A DNA stretch of 64,000 bases from a virus (Duplodnaviria > Caudoviricetes). A program made the translations under genes and the position numbers. Of this stretch, positions 1-10,557 are shown one piece after another (the first letter of the stretch is position 1; every line of letters begins with the position of its first letter). Under the pieces are notes generated by a model. That model saw nothing but the letters and a program-made list of their open reading frames with translations, had not been told where the DNA came from and searched no databases. The DNA is taken from IMG/VR virus record IMGVR_UViG_3300031994_000022; one strand, 5' to 3'.

Positions 1-1041
1 GGTACTCCATGCTGTTATATCATCAGCAGCGATAGCAGTACCAGCAGATGCCGAACCAATTGATGTAGTAGTTGCAGTATACTTAGTATCTGTAGCTGCA
101 ATGGTAACCGTACCACTTGAGTTTGTTACCGACACATTACCTCCAGCTTTAAGGTTAAGGGCTGTCGTATTATCTCCAAGTATCTGAGTACCATTAACCT
201 GAATAGGTCTGTGTGTATTTGTATCTGAACCCGGAATTCCAAGTCCAGTAATATCTGACTTTGCTACCGCTGTGACGGATTTTATATGTCCTTCGGCAGT
301 AGTTGCAATCTTATATAATCCCTCAGACTTTGCTGTGGTCAATCTATTTGCATCAGTTGCGTGTGTATATGCGGTATTACCATAATCACCACGGTAAGCG
401 GTTGAAGAAGTAGTACCGAGTGCGAGTGATGGACTTATCTCTACATATGCTGTTCCACTCCATCTATATGTAAGATTTGTAGAAGTATCTACATATATCT
501 TTCCAGTCTCACCAGTTGTTGGGAAACTTGATTTTGCCGAATACTCCAATACATCATCAACATATGATGGAAGCTGTGAACTAGGAACAAGTCCATTTGC
601 ATCAAGTTCTGCAACTCCGTTAGCAGCACCCTTAGAAGCTGTAGTAATAGCACCTACATCAGAAGCTGTCAATGTAACAGCACCAGTTTTACTATTTACA
701 GATGTAACTGGAGCAGAAGTAAGTACCTTGTTACCGCCAGAGTATAAACATCCATCAGTACCTACATAAGCGGTATCATGTGAATAAGTCCGAGGATTCG
801 CTGCTTGTGATGTAGCACCAATCAAAAATATTTTTGATGAAGTGTCTGTAGAGCCAGCAGTATTCTTAGTATCTGTAGTGGCAACTGTTCCTATATCAAC
901 TATTCCTGATGATGGCGACTTAGTTGTGCCATTTACCTTTACTCCGGTTACAGTACCAACATTAGTAGTATAACCAGATACAGTATCTTGCACATTATAC
1001 GTCACACCATCAGGCAACTTTATAGAATTTATATTCGCCAT
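1..1041 (-). CDS. Tail fibre protein (3' end runs off the window; absent from the ORF track)
   Basis: ATG at 1041-1039 after AGGAG. Open to position 1: MANINSIKLPDGVTYNVQD...GAANGVAELDANGLVPSSQLPSYVDDVLEY..., with Thr/Gly/Ser-rich fibre modules. Confidence 0.8.
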   Translation of the reverse strand, partial: MANINSIKLPDGVTYNVQDTVSGYTTNVGTVTGVKVNGTTKSPSSGIVDIGTVATTDTKNTAGSTDTSSKIFLIGATSQAANPRTYSHDTAYVGTDGCLYSGGNKVLTSAPVTSVNSKTGAVTLTASDVGAITTASKGAANGVAELDANGLVPSSQLPSYVDDVLEYSAKSSFPTTGETGKIYVDTSTNLTYRWSGTAYVEISPSLALGTTSSTAYRGDYGNTAYTHATDANRLTTAKSEGLYKIATTAEGHIKSVTAVAKSDITGLGIPGSDTNTHRPIQVNGTQILGDNTTALNLKAGGNVSVTNSSGTVTIAATDTKYTATTTSIGSASAGTAIAADDITAWST

Positions 1042-1134
1042 AATTTCTCCTTTCTTTTTATAATGAGAGCCGATAGTAGTATTTCATACCATCAGCTCTC
1101 TGTATTTTGTTTTTAAAAAGTATGAAATTATTTG

Positions 1135-2154
1135 TTATGAAACTGTAACAGTACCTGCCGTTCCGGTAAATGTAGGTTGTGATACAGAACCTGCAGCAGT
1201 TGTTGTACCAGCAAGCTGTGTTTTTGTACCCGTAAATGTAGGCTGCGAAACACTACCGCTTGGTGTACCACTAACACTTACGTCGCCTTCAGTACCGGTA
1301 AAGGAAGCTGTGAATGTGCTAGGTACTGCAATATTTCCAGTAACAAGTCTTGCACCAGTACCAGTAAAAGCAGGAGCTGACGCTTGATAAGCTGCATCTC
1401 CGGTCTTTACGGTAACCGCAGTTCCCGCAGATGGAAGAGTACCTGCGCTAAATGAACCTGCTGTAATTGTGAGTGTTTCATTTGCAACTGTATATGTTGG
1501 CATTGTTGCAGATGGAAGAGTACCTGCCGAACCAAATGGTGTAATTGATGTTGTACTTCCTGCGGTTTTTACACTTATCGTAGGTGCAGCTACACTTCCA
1601 GCAGGTGTATATGTGGCAGTACCTGAAGAAGCAGCACTAACAGTAGTCGACTGATTTGCAGTTGTATTTGTTGATACACTTACAGAACCCTCTGGTGTAA
1701 ATTTTCCAGTTGAAGTTGTAGCCGAACCTGTAAATGTAGGCTTTGATACAGTACCCTTTGGCTGATAGTTACCACTTGTATTGTCTGTAGCGGTAATTGT
1801 TACAGTACTAGATGAACCTGTAAAAGTAGGCTTTGAAACTGTACCAGCGGGTGTAAAGCTACCACTTGCACTATTTTTTGTAGCAAGTGAACCAAGCCCA
1901 CTCATATCACCAAATTCGTGCCACTTTGTTCCATCAAAAACAAATTCTTTTTTATTATAAAATACTGCATCGTTAGCAACAGCAGTATAATCTGCACCAC
2001 TTATCTTAATAGGATTAGTTGTTGCTTCATCTGTAAGGGTAGTAGTAGTTGTTCCTTTAACTTTTATAGCACCGCCAATTTGTGCTCTTGCTACGGCATC
2101 TTTAATGTCATACGAATTTCCAGAAGGTAATGTAATTTTACTTATATCTGCCAT
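1135..2154 (-). CDS. Tail fibre-like protein with P.G.VS.PTFTG repeats
   Basis: Repeated G(T/S)VS(K/Q)PTFTG units. N-terminus (ISKITLPSGNSYDIKD) resembles that of the downstream fibre gene. Confidence 0.7.
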   Translation of the reverse strand: MADISKITLPSGNSYDIKDAVARAQIGGAIKVKGTTTTTLTDEATTNPIKISGADYTAVANDAVFYNKKEFVFDGTKWHEFGDMSGLGSLATKNSASGSFTPAGTVSKPTFTGSSSTVTITATDNTSGNYQPKGTVSKPTFTGSATTSTGKFTPEGSVSVSTNTTANQSTTVSAASSGTATYTPAGSVAAPTISVKTAGSTTSITPFGSAGTLPSATMPTYTVANETLTITAGSFSAGTLPSAGTAVTVKTGDAAYQASAPAFTGTGARLVTGNIAVPSTFTASFTGTEGDVSVSGTPSGSVSQPTFTGTKTQLAGTTTAAGSVSQPTFTGTAGTVTVS

Positions 2155-2171
2155 AATTTATCTCTCCTTTT

Positions 2172-2558
2172 TTAATTTGTCGTGAATATTAAATTTTCAT
2201 TATCTAATGTATCTAAATAACACCTTACCTTATTATTCCATGCTTCACGTTCCGCACTTGTAATATGATGAACTGTGTCTTCAATATGTTCTTTATACAA
2301 TGAATCGGTAAATGGCATATCAATGAGATATGATGATCCGTCTCCGATTTTAATTCCCGGAATATTATTATCATCTTCATCTGTCATATAATCTGAATAT
2401 ACATATATACAACCCCTTACAGAAACTAAATCTGGATGCAAATTCCAATTAGCTATTGTGTCGTAAAATATCGGAGTTGTATGTTGAGCAATCAGCTCTT
2501 TTATTCGTGTGTCGTATACACGCAATCCAGGAAGATCGAGGTATTTTTTCTGAGCCAT
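2172..2558 (-). CDS. Small fibre-associated protein
   Basis: IKIGDG...LPF motif typical of tail-fibre N-terminal modules; HITSAEREAWN motif; N-terminal KYLDLPGL..YD..IK motif. Confidence 0.6.
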   Translation of the reverse strand: MAQKKYLDLPGLRVYDTRIKELIAQHTTPIFYDTIANWNLHPDLVSVRGCIYVYSDYMTDEDDNNIPGIKIGDGSSYLIDMPFTDSLYKEHIEDTVHHITSAEREAWNNKVRCYLDTLDNENLIFTTN

Positions 2559-2634
2559 ATTATCCTCCTTTCAATGGATGTTATTTCCTCTCTAAATTGA
2601 TTAATCTATGCGCGATTTAGAGAACAAACAAAAT

Positions 2635-2661
2635 AAGAGAGTGGTGCGAGACCACTCTCTT
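2635..2661 (-). terminator. Intrinsic terminator
   Basis: 11-bp perfect stem AAGAGAGTGGT/ACCACTCTCTT followed by a U-rich tract on the minus strand. Confidence 0.65.
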
Positions 2662-2680
2662 GGGTATATAGTGTTATAGT

Positions 2681-4024
2681 TTAGGCGAACAGAGCTTCGA
2701 TATCAGCAGTAGCGATACCCTCTGTTGCAGCATCAGTATAGGCATTAGCGTTAGACTCTGCTGTAGCTGCAGCACCACTTGCATCATAAGTTCCACTTGC
2801 GATGCTACCGCTGATTGCTGTGATAACACCGTCAACCTCTGTTACAGAAAGAGCAAGTCCGTCTGTACCAGCAGTCTGTGCAACTGACGCATCGAGATCA
2901 GCTATAGCACTATCTGTATAGCCCTGTGCGTTTGTAAGAGCATTTGCAGCAGCACCATAATTATCATATGTCTCTGCAGCAATACTTCCACTTACAGCAG
3001 TTACCTGACCATCTGTAGTTGTTACAGAAAGTGCGAGACCATCTGTAGAAGCTGTCTGTGACTCTGTGTGAGCAGCGATAGCAACCTTGTCTGCTGTTAC
3101 TGCATCATCAGCAATCTTAGCAGTTGTTACTGCACCAGCATCAATCTTTGCAGTTGTTACAGAACTATTTGCAAGTTCTGCTGTTCCAATTGAACCAGCA
3201 ACGATAGTAGCAGAAATCTCATTGTTACCGTCTATAACAAGCTGAACCTGAGTTGCATCTTGCTTTGCTGTATAGATGTCAACAAGTGACTGAGCGGCGA
3301 TGTACAGAGGATCTGTTACGTTTTGAAGCTCAAGTTTGATGTACTTACCAGCATCAGCTGCTGTAGGTGTTCCACTACCAACGATAAGAGTAGTAACATC
3401 TACGTTACCATCCCAAAGCTTGTTGTTTGAGAATGTGATGTTTACTACAGAACCATCTTCAACAACCTGATCCTTTGGTACGTTGATATCTATAAGCTTC
3501 TCAGATGCAACTGGGTCAGATGCACTACCTATACCCTGATAGATTGAATATACACGAGCGTAATCAGATGTAGCACCATTGTCTACAATGTATACTGTCT
3601 TTATGTTAACGTTACTATCAACATAATGCTCTGTAGCGACCTCCTCGTAACTTAAACCAGAATCACTAATCTGTCCGTCTCCGTTATATATCATAATATC
3701 TCCGTATGAAACGTCATCATGATAATATCCAGTTATAAGTTCGTCAATGCCAATATCTGTCTCAGATACCGATCCATCCGAGTTAGATTTAACAACCTTA
3801 TCACCACTAGCAGAAGCTATCTTATCCATGAATCCAGAAACATCTGGAATGTCTACAGTATAAGAAGCCGTTCCAGAAGCATCAGCTGTTTTAAAGAAAC
3901 TAACTGTATTACCTACTACTGTAATAGACTTGATTGATTTTGCATCCTCTGTACCAATGTACTGCTTAATAAGTGTGTCGTAACTTGTCAGATTAGCAAG
4001 TGTCATAAATTGTTTTGCTGCCAT
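2681..4024 (-). CDS. Fibre-like structural protein
   Basis: VTTAKIA/D repeats, duplicated QTA.TDGLALSVT..DG.(V/I)TA(V/I)SGSIA units; paralogous in part to 4135-5136. Confidence 0.7.
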   Translation of the reverse strand: MAAKQFMTLANLTSYDTLIKQYIGTEDAKSIKSITVVGNTVSFFKTADASGTASYTVDIPDVSGFMDKIASASGDKVVKSNSDGSVSETDIGIDELITGYYHDDVSYGDIMIYNGDGQISDSGLSYEEVATEHYVDSNVNIKTVYIVDNGATSDYARVYSIYQGIGSASDPVASEKLIDINVPKDQVVEDGSVVNITFSNNKLWDGNVDVTTLIVGSGTPTAADAGKYIKLELQNVTDPLYIAAQSLVDIYTAKQDATQVQLVIDGNNEISATIVAGSIGTAELANSSVTTAKIDAGAVTTAKIADDAVTADKVAIAAHTESQTASTDGLALSVTTTDGQVTAVSGSIAAETYDNYGAAANALTNAQGYTDSAIADLDASVAQTAGTDGLALSVTEVDGVITAISGSIASGTYDASGAAATAESNANAYTDAATEGIATADIEALFA

Positions 4025-4134
4025 AATTTTTTCTCCTTTCGAAAAGAAAATGTTATAATATAAAAGAGAGGGAAAATCCCTCTCTTGGTTAACTATTATT
4101 ATGCAGATTTTTCATCTGCCTTTCTTATAAAATA

Positions 4135-5136
4135 CTACTCAAAAAGTGCCTGTATATCTTCATCAGCAACACTTTCAATATCCTCGTCTTGAAGTGCAGT
4201 ATCTGCAAGATCAAGCGAATCATTTACATCAGAAGCAAGCTTTGCTCTTGTGATTGAGCCATCAATGAGTGTGCCAGTAATCTGATTGTTGCTATCGATA
4301 GATATCTGGATATAATCTGTTGTTCCACCAGTGTATACATCAACAAGGCTATTAGCAGGAATATAGATATGTTCACTTGAACTGTTAGCCAAAATTATAT
4401 CTATATATTTGTCACCCACCTTAGCACCAGGGTAAGGTTCATCAGCCACAGTAACTGTACCTACAGAACCACTTTCAACAAACATATCCTTAGCTATTGC
4501 AATTGAGGTTATTTTCTCACTAGGATCTGGATTCTGAGCAGAACCGTTTGATCCTTGATAGAAATCATACTTCTTACTAAACTCATCTTGTGAACCACCA
4601 GATGTTTCTACAACATATACTGTTTTAGAACCAGCATCACCTTGCACATCTCGCTTTGTTGCGATTTCATCAAGTGCTGTGTAAGCCATAGAATCAGCAC
4701 CGTTAGTATAGTAGATACCACCCTTGGTAACGTTAATTCTTGTACCTACATACTTGTTATCTGCATTCTTCTTCAAAGCGTAAATCTGTGCAGCAAGACC
4801 ATTCTCGCCACCATCATTTACGCCGACAAAACTCCATGTTCCGTCATTATGCTCAAACTTTGCACCACCACCATCTGTCTCGTTGAAGATAAGTGCCTTA
4901 CCATTAGTACCTTCAACAAGTCTCTGTACGAAATTACTGAGGTCAGGCTGTGGAAGAGTGATAGCATACTTTGGAGCAGTAGAACCAACTGGCTCTTCTA
5001 CATCATAAAACTTCAAAATGTTGCCATCGATTGCTACAGTTTTAATACTTTTCGCATCCTCTGCGGCAACATAATTTTTAAGAAGCTCATCATAAGTGGT
5101 GAGATTCTCAAGTGAGATAAACTGTTTAATTGCCAT
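4135..5136 (-). CDS. Fibre-like structural protein (paralogue of 2681-4024)
   Basis: Shared N-terminus (KQF..L.NL..YD.L.K.Y...EDAKSIK), shared KD..VE.GSV and YI.A.SLVD.YT blocks, and shared C-terminus (DI.ALF). Confidence 0.7.
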   Translation of the reverse strand: MAIKQFISLENLTTYDELLKNYVAAEDAKSIKTVAIDGNILKFYDVEEPVGSTAPKYAITLPQPDLSNFVQRLVEGTNGKALIFNETDGGGAKFEHNDGTWSFVGVNDGGENGLAAQIYALKKNADNKYVGTRINVTKGGIYYTNGADSMAYTALDEIATKRDVQGDAGSKTVYVVETSGGSQDEFSKKYDFYQGSNGSAQNPDPSEKITSIAIAKDMFVESGSVGTVTVADEPYPGAKVGDKYIDIILANSSSEHIYIPANSLVDVYTGGTTDYIQISIDSNNQITGTLIDGSITRAKLASDVNDSLDLADTALQDEDIESVADEDIQALFE

Positions 5137-5205
5137 AATTTAATCTCCTTTATACATGTATAAATAAAATTAAAAAGGTGTGGGGTTACCACACCTCAGT
5201 TACCA

Positions 5206-5802
5206 TTATTGTTCGGGAAATAAGTCCCTGATATTTTCATCGTCCTCTGGTTGAATATCTCTATTGATTATTTCTTCCACCATTGGTCTTACTACGGGTT
5301 CAACTAAAACCTCAATTTCATCCTCAAGTTCACGTTTAAGAACTTCAATTTTTACATCAAGCTGTTGTTCAGTTACATACCCTTTTTCGTCAAGATAATC
5401 CTTAGTTGCAACCTCGTTCACCTCGACCGAAAGATCCTCGCCAATAGTATAAGTTGTCAGCTCGTCTGCGGTGATTCTTCGCACTTTTTTCACTCCACCC
5501 ACAGTTTGTACCACTACGAGAATATACGAGCTAGAATCGAACGTAGTAGGGTGGTCAGCAGTGATTTTATGCTGTCCTCTAACTTGGTAAAGACCATCGT
5601 ATAACGATGAAAGTATTATTTTATTTTCTAATGTTCCGGTTAATTCAGGAATACCAATAACCTCAAGCTGATTCTGCTTGTTAAGGAAGCCATATTGACC
5701 ACGATCTGAAATCCACAGATACGCAGGGTATTTAATCTTACCTTCCTCAATAGCCTTGATGGTATTCGCATAAGTTCCATGTGTAAAAATAGGAGCTAAC
5801 AT
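5206..5802 (-). CDS. Hypothetical virion/fibre-associated protein
   Basis: Good RBS; sits in the fibre cluster; C-terminal DENIRDLF motif. Confidence 0.6.
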   Translation of the reverse strand: MLAPIFTHGTYANTIKAIEEGKIKYPAYLWISDRGQYGFLNKQNQLEVIGIPELTGTLENKIILSSLYDGLYQVRGQHKITADHPTTFDSSSYILVVVQTVGGVKKVRRITADELTTYTIGEDLSVEVNEVATKDYLDEKGYVTEQQLDVKIEVLKRELEDEIEVLVEPVVRPMVEEIINRDIQPEDDENIRDLFPEQ

Positions 5803-5819
5803 ATTGTATCCTCCTTCTT

Positions 5820-6560
5820 TTATAATTCTATAAAGTTACTTGATGGCTCCGGATCTGGTTTGAGATTATCTACATCTATGATTCCATCGTTAGCATCATC
5901 AACTTCATCAAACATTGCGGGCTGTAATATCTCAACACCCTTACCAATCTGTTCACCGTCATGTACCAGATGAAGATTTTCCTTCTCGCCAATCTCAAGG
6001 TCGTTCGGCATCTTCTGCATCTCTCTATTAAGCTGATTCATCTGTGCCTTAAATGCTTCAATATCCTCAAAGTTGACATAGTCATTAAAACCATTAGGTC
6101 TCTGAACCATAAGAGTAGTAGAGTTACTCTCAAGCTTATCAATAACCATTGTTGTAGGATCATCTATTGGCGTATCACTTCCTTGTTCCTCAGTTACGAC
6201 CATAGTAGTACCTTCAACAACGTGTTCTGACTTTACACTTGGCTCAACGCCACCCTCGAACTTTATAAGTGTTAGACGCAGTGTGAGAGTACCCGACACC
6301 TGAGTAAGCTTAGTTGTTACTGGCAGCTCATATCTAAGATAATCCTTATACATGTCCTCATCTAACGTCAGTACTTCACTGTGGAAGTTACCGTTTGGAT
6401 CAACATACTTCAGCGTTACAGTATAGTCTTTTAACTCCGTACCATTATACATAGGTGGTATAAGGAACTGAATCTTATCTATCATAGACTCTTGCTGAAA
6501 TATAACTGTACGGACAGTAGTATTAAGGTTCTTATATTTATCCATTACTATTGTATACAT
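5820..6560 (-). CDS. Baseplate upper (BppU N-domain-like) protein
   Basis: Q.ES..DKIQF.IP..Y....L..Y.V.LKY..P.G pattern characteristic of BppU-like N-terminal domains. Confidence 0.55.
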   Translation of the reverse strand: MYTIVMDKYKNLNTTVRTVIFQQESMIDKIQFLIPPMYNGTELKDYTVTLKYVDPNGNFHSEVLTLDEDMYKDYLRYELPVTTKLTQVSGTLTLRLTLIKFEGGVEPSVKSEHVVEGTTMVVTEEQGSDTPIDDPTTMVIDKLESNSTTLMVQRPNGFNDYVNFEDIEAFKAQMNQLNREMQKMPNDLEIGEKENLHLVHDGEQIGKGVEILQPAMFDEVDDANDGIIDVDNLKPDPEPSSNFIEL

Positions 6561-6609
6561 TACATTTCTCCTTTATCTAAAAAGGAGAGGGATTTACCTC
6601 TCCTTAAGT

Positions 6610-8442
6610 TTATTGTGGGACTTTATACCAACAACGATTGGCACCAATCCATTGGTATTCTCCAATAAGATATTGTGGGCTTTCATTTTTAGCAGTATAG
6701 AAATTTCTAACTAACCCATAACTACTCCAATAACCAGTATCTGGATATTCGTAATATACCCATTCATTAGTACTTGGGTCACGGAAGTATCCTTCTGTCA
6801 AATCAGACGTGTTCACCGGATACCATCTTGTTCCATCATATACAATGCCACCAGTATAATATCCGTGTGTTCCCGGATCATAACAGAACCACGCATCTCC
6901 AACTTCTGAATCTTCTGGTGGAAACTCTGGATAATCATATGATTGGGTTGTTTCTATTCCTTTAAAGTAAACACCACCCTGTACTTCACTTCCTGTGTAT
7001 GGTATAAATGTACCTTCGAAATCTATGAAACCATTCCAATGAGGATAGTTATAACTACCATCACCACCTACAAAATTCACATCTTTAAACATTTGTGTAT
7101 AAGTAGCATTAGGGGATAAATCATCTCTCCATTCACTCAGATACATTGATATATACTCTGGGGCAGAACCACCATAATAATAACTTGATAAACCGCCATC
7201 AAACATGTGGTCAAAATGTTCTACATTAGATACATCCCAATCTTGTAATTGTGATGGATCAAATATGTTTCTATAAAATAAATATCTCATTGATTCTATA
7301 TTAGATACATCCCATGTTTCAAGTCCAAGTATATAACCCATATCAGTATGATATCCGTTAAATAATCCATCAATATTTGTAACCTCAGAAAGATCCCAAT
7401 CATCAACATGTAATGCTCCCGGGAAATAACTGCTTACAAGACATTCGCCTTGTGAAACATCTATTGGATTATTCGGTATCTTCCATCCAGACAAATCTAT
7501 ATCTGAATCATAATTGTTTACATCGGGATTATATATATGATTAAGTGTTGTGGCACTGGTTACATCCCAATTTTGTATAGATACATCTTCAGAGTAATCA
7601 TATATTAAATTTTCAAAATCAGTTACATTACTTACATCCCAAGTGCCCAACCCAATAAAAGAGGGTTGAACACCTGATGTGTCAATCTGTGAACTTATAA
7701 GATAACTTAAAGTTGTTGTATCTCCAAGATCCCAATTGCTCACATTTATTTGAGTAATATTACCATAATAACCCGATAAAGCATTTCTCCAAGTGTCCTC
7801 AGATACTATACAGTTTTGAAGATCATATATCTCAGTATCCACTTCTATATCTTGTAAATCTATACCACCACCATTAGTAAAATCCGTACCAGACAAATCT
7901 AGCTGTGGGACATGTGCAGCACCAAGATTAATATTATAACCTTGACTAATACATGATCTCATACCGTATACTGTTCCCATATAATTATTTAAGTAAATAT
8001 TTGGAGTATATTCAGCAACAACAGTAACTCCAGTTAGATCAATTACATTATTCATTGAGTTAGTCATAATATCTCCAACACCTTCCAATGGATATTCGTC
8101 TTCAAGTGTCACACCATCTAACTCAATATAATTATATTTATTGTTAGTATTACTAGGTGCGATAGTGTCGATACTATCATCTATCGTCAATCCGTTTACA
8201 CCATACCACCACACAGTTTCCGTACCATCATTGTTCGGTTGTACCTTAACCCATATGTCATCACCATCTTGAGGTGAAAATACACACCCTATTGGACTAT
8301 TGGAGTGTTTAAACTTTAATGTCGAACTTGTATTAGTTACATGTCTAGCTAATAAATCAGGCAAAGTGCTATCACTATACTCCACACCAGTGCAATAATC
8401 GTCAGGGGCAAAATCATACTTAGCTTGAAAATTATCTATCAT
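6610..8442 (-). CDS. BspA/DUF285-type leucine-rich-repeat protein (putative adhesin/receptor-binding)
   Basis: Repeated WDVSNV..(F/M)..(L/M)F units: WDVSNVTDF, WDVTSATTL, WDLSEVTNI, WDVSNIESM, WDVSNVEHF. Confidence 0.75.
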   Translation of the reverse strand: MIDNFQAKYDFAPDDYCTGVEYSDSTLPDLLARHVTNTSSTLKFKHSNSPIGCVFSPQDGDDIWVKVQPNNDGTETVWWYGVNGLTIDDSIDTIAPSNTNNKYNYIELDGVTLEDEYPLEGVGDIMTNSMNNVIDLTGVTVVAEYTPNIYLNNYMGTVYGMRSCISQGYNINLGAAHVPQLDLSGTDFTNGGGIDLQDIEVDTEIYDLQNCIVSEDTWRNALSGYYGNITQINVSNWDLGDTTTLSYLISSQIDTSGVQPSFIGLGTWDVSNVTDFENLIYDYSEDVSIQNWDVTSATTLNHIYNPDVNNYDSDIDLSGWKIPNNPIDVSQGECLVSSYFPGALHVDDWDLSEVTNIDGLFNGYHTDMGYILGLETWDVSNIESMRYLFYRNIFDPSQLQDWDVSNVEHFDHMFDGGLSSYYYGGSAPEYISMYLSEWRDDLSPNATYTQMFKDVNFVGGDGSYNYPHWNGFIDFEGTFIPYTGSEVQGGVYFKGIETTQSYDYPEFPPEDSEVGDAWFCYDPGTHGYYTGGIVYDGTRWYPVNTSDLTEGYFRDPSTNEWVYYEYPDTGYWSSYGLVRNFYTAKNESPQYLIGEYQWIGANRCWYKVPQ

Positions 8443-8454
8443 GATATCACCTCC

Positions 8455-9876
8455 TTAAATTGCATGTATTACGATACCCTCACCAACTTGGGTTTGAATA
8501 TCTGTATTAGCATAAAATCTTACATTAGAACCGTCCGAGTCTATGGCTTGATAAAGTTGGTATCCGTTACCATCGTCATAAACAAGGGTTGCACTTTCGT
8601 AATTCATACCACTAACATATGTAGCAATCTTAGCTCTATCTTTATATATAGTAATTCTATTTCCGGGTGCATTAAATAATATAAATTGTGAAATGCAAAA
8701 ATCATGAAAGTCTTCTGGTACAGAATATGTTGTCCAAGTATTAGGCATTAAGAACGTAGTAGGGTAATCGGCAATTATAATAGACTCCGTATAATCGCAC
8801 ACCCAATAATCATCAGTATTTATTTCTCCAGATTCTGGTTCAATATTAGTGTATATAATTCTACTTTGTGCTTCATTGTCAATCACCAACATTTGACTAT
8901 TGACATGTACATCTATATTTCTACTAGGAATAGTATCGCACTTAAATGTGAGAATACCATCACCTTGAGCAATACAACGTATATTACAACTTAGATATTC
9001 TTCAATATATTGTTCATATGGACGCACCACAATAAGCTGCTCATCCTCATTATCTGTAATACCATCACAAGGTACAGTTATGGTATTAGTATTCCTGTTC
9101 CAACTACCTTCTCCTGTTACGAGAAGAGTAACCTTTTTTGTAATGATAACTAAATCTTTAGCATGTTCTGCTTGTTCACTATAATATTTTGCATTATCCT
9201 TGTCTTCACCTTCACGAGTATTAGTGCCACCCACAGAGTATGATTGAGAGAGTACTGAAGAAGCGTTAGCCTGTTCACTATAATACTTCGCATTATCTGT
9301 ATTCTCACCCTCACGAGTTCCGGTTCCACCTTTAGCGTATGACTCTGACAGATTCCTATAACCAAGGCTTTCTTGGTTAAGAGCTTCAATATCATCTATA
9401 ACCCCTTCGGCTTCTTGAACAGCACCCAATAAGTCTTGCAGTATATTGGTGTCAAACTGTGTTGCTGCGTCATCATCACTAACAACGCATTGCTCGACCA
9501 ACATATAGCCAGTAACAGTACCAATTATTACACCATCATCACCCCATATAATGTGATACTCGCCGTGTTCATCGACTTCTATATCAACTTCACCAGAAGA
9601 GAGTATGAGTTGATATGGCAGTTTGCCAGCTTCATGTGTGTCATTTGGCTCAAGTGACATTTTATATACATCTCCACTGCGAACCAAATGCTTGAATGAT
9701 ACAACCTTTTTGCCTTTCATAACAAAAGTACAATGAGTATCATCCAGTTCTTTCTTCTTACCGTTTTCCGTAATTGTGAATTCAACTGTACGGTTACGGT
9801 CATGCTGTTTAGCATAGATATAATCTGAATACTTATTATTCATTATATCTATAGATATCTTTTGTACATTATCCAA
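8455..9876 (-). CDS. BppU-family baseplate upper protein / fibre anchor
   Basis: AKQHD..R.VEF.I.ENG N-domain; two copies of S.SY..GGT.TREGE..DNAKYYSEQA. Confidence 0.7.
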   Translation of the reverse strand: MDNVQKISIDIMNNKYSDYIYAKQHDRNRTVEFTITENGKKKELDDTHCTFVMKGKKVVSFKHLVRSGDVYKMSLEPNDTHEAGKLPYQLILSSGEVDIEVDEHGEYHIIWGDDGVIIGTVTGYMLVEQCVVSDDDAATQFDTNILQDLLGAVQEAEGVIDDIEALNQESLGYRNLSESYAKGGTGTREGENTDNAKYYSEQANASSVLSQSYSVGGTNTREGEDKDNAKYYSEQAEHAKDLVIITKKVTLLVTGEGSWNRNTNTITVPCDGITDNEDEQLIVVRPYEQYIEEYLSCNIRCIAQGDGILTFKCDTIPSRNIDVHVNSQMLVIDNEAQSRIIYTNIEPESGEINTDDYWVCDYTESIIIADYPTTFLMPNTWTTYSVPEDFHDFCISQFILFNAPGNRITIYKDRAKIATYVSGMNYESATLVYDDGNGYQLYQAIDSDGSNVRFYANTDIQTQVGEGIVIHAI

Positions 9877-9894
9877 ATCTCTACCCCCTTTCTA

Positions 9895-10557
9895 TTATGA
9901 TGGCAATTCAACAGCCGCCTTAACAGGATAACCATTGCCAATTATTAAATATTCTTTATTGCCAACGGTTGCCCTCACGTTTTCGTCTACATCTATATTT
10001 GGTGCTAAAAGCGTTAGATACAGATTATCCATAAATCTTTGATTATTATACGCCTTTATAATTTGGACATCATTAGAATAAGGACTTAATCCACCATTTA
10101 CATTATTATATGGACTAGCATTTGAACCATAAACAATAAATTTTAGCCTACTATAATCACATGTTGCTAGCCAATAATCTGTTACAACCCAACTATCCGC
10201 AGACGTTTTCGGTGCGATAAATGCTACTTGAATCGGAGTATTTGCTGTTTTGGTAAAACCTATTGCAATTCCACCGTTTGATAAAAGTTCATAACATATT
10301 TTTATTGGGAGAGAACCAGAATCCGCATAAATATAACGTATATTGGTTGCACTTCCAGTAAACCAATGTTGGTAGTACATATAGCTGCTATTAGATAAAT
10401 TTGGCTCGTATGCATATCTCAATTTGGCATATCCACCTTGATCATCCCAAGTATAGTCTGAAGTATTCTCATCTATGATATCCACAGTAAATCCAATATT
10501 TGCCATGGCGGTATCCATATTAGCTCTAGTTGGTGTCGCTACATTTATTGTATTCAT
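9895..10557 (-). CDS. Hypothetical baseplate-region protein
   Basis: 220-aa ORF whose start overlaps the Tal stop codon. Confidence 0.6.
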   Translation of the reverse strand: MNTINVATPTRANMDTAMANIGFTVDIIDENTSDYTWDDQGGYAKLRYAYEPNLSNSSYMYYQHWFTGSATNIRYIYADSGSLPIKICYELLSNGGIAIGFTKTANTPIQVAFIAPKTSADSWVVTDYWLATCDYSRLKFIVYGSNASPYNNVNGGLSPYSNDVQIIKAYNNQRFMDNLYLTLLAPNIDVDENVRATVGNKEYLIIGNGYPVKAAVELPS

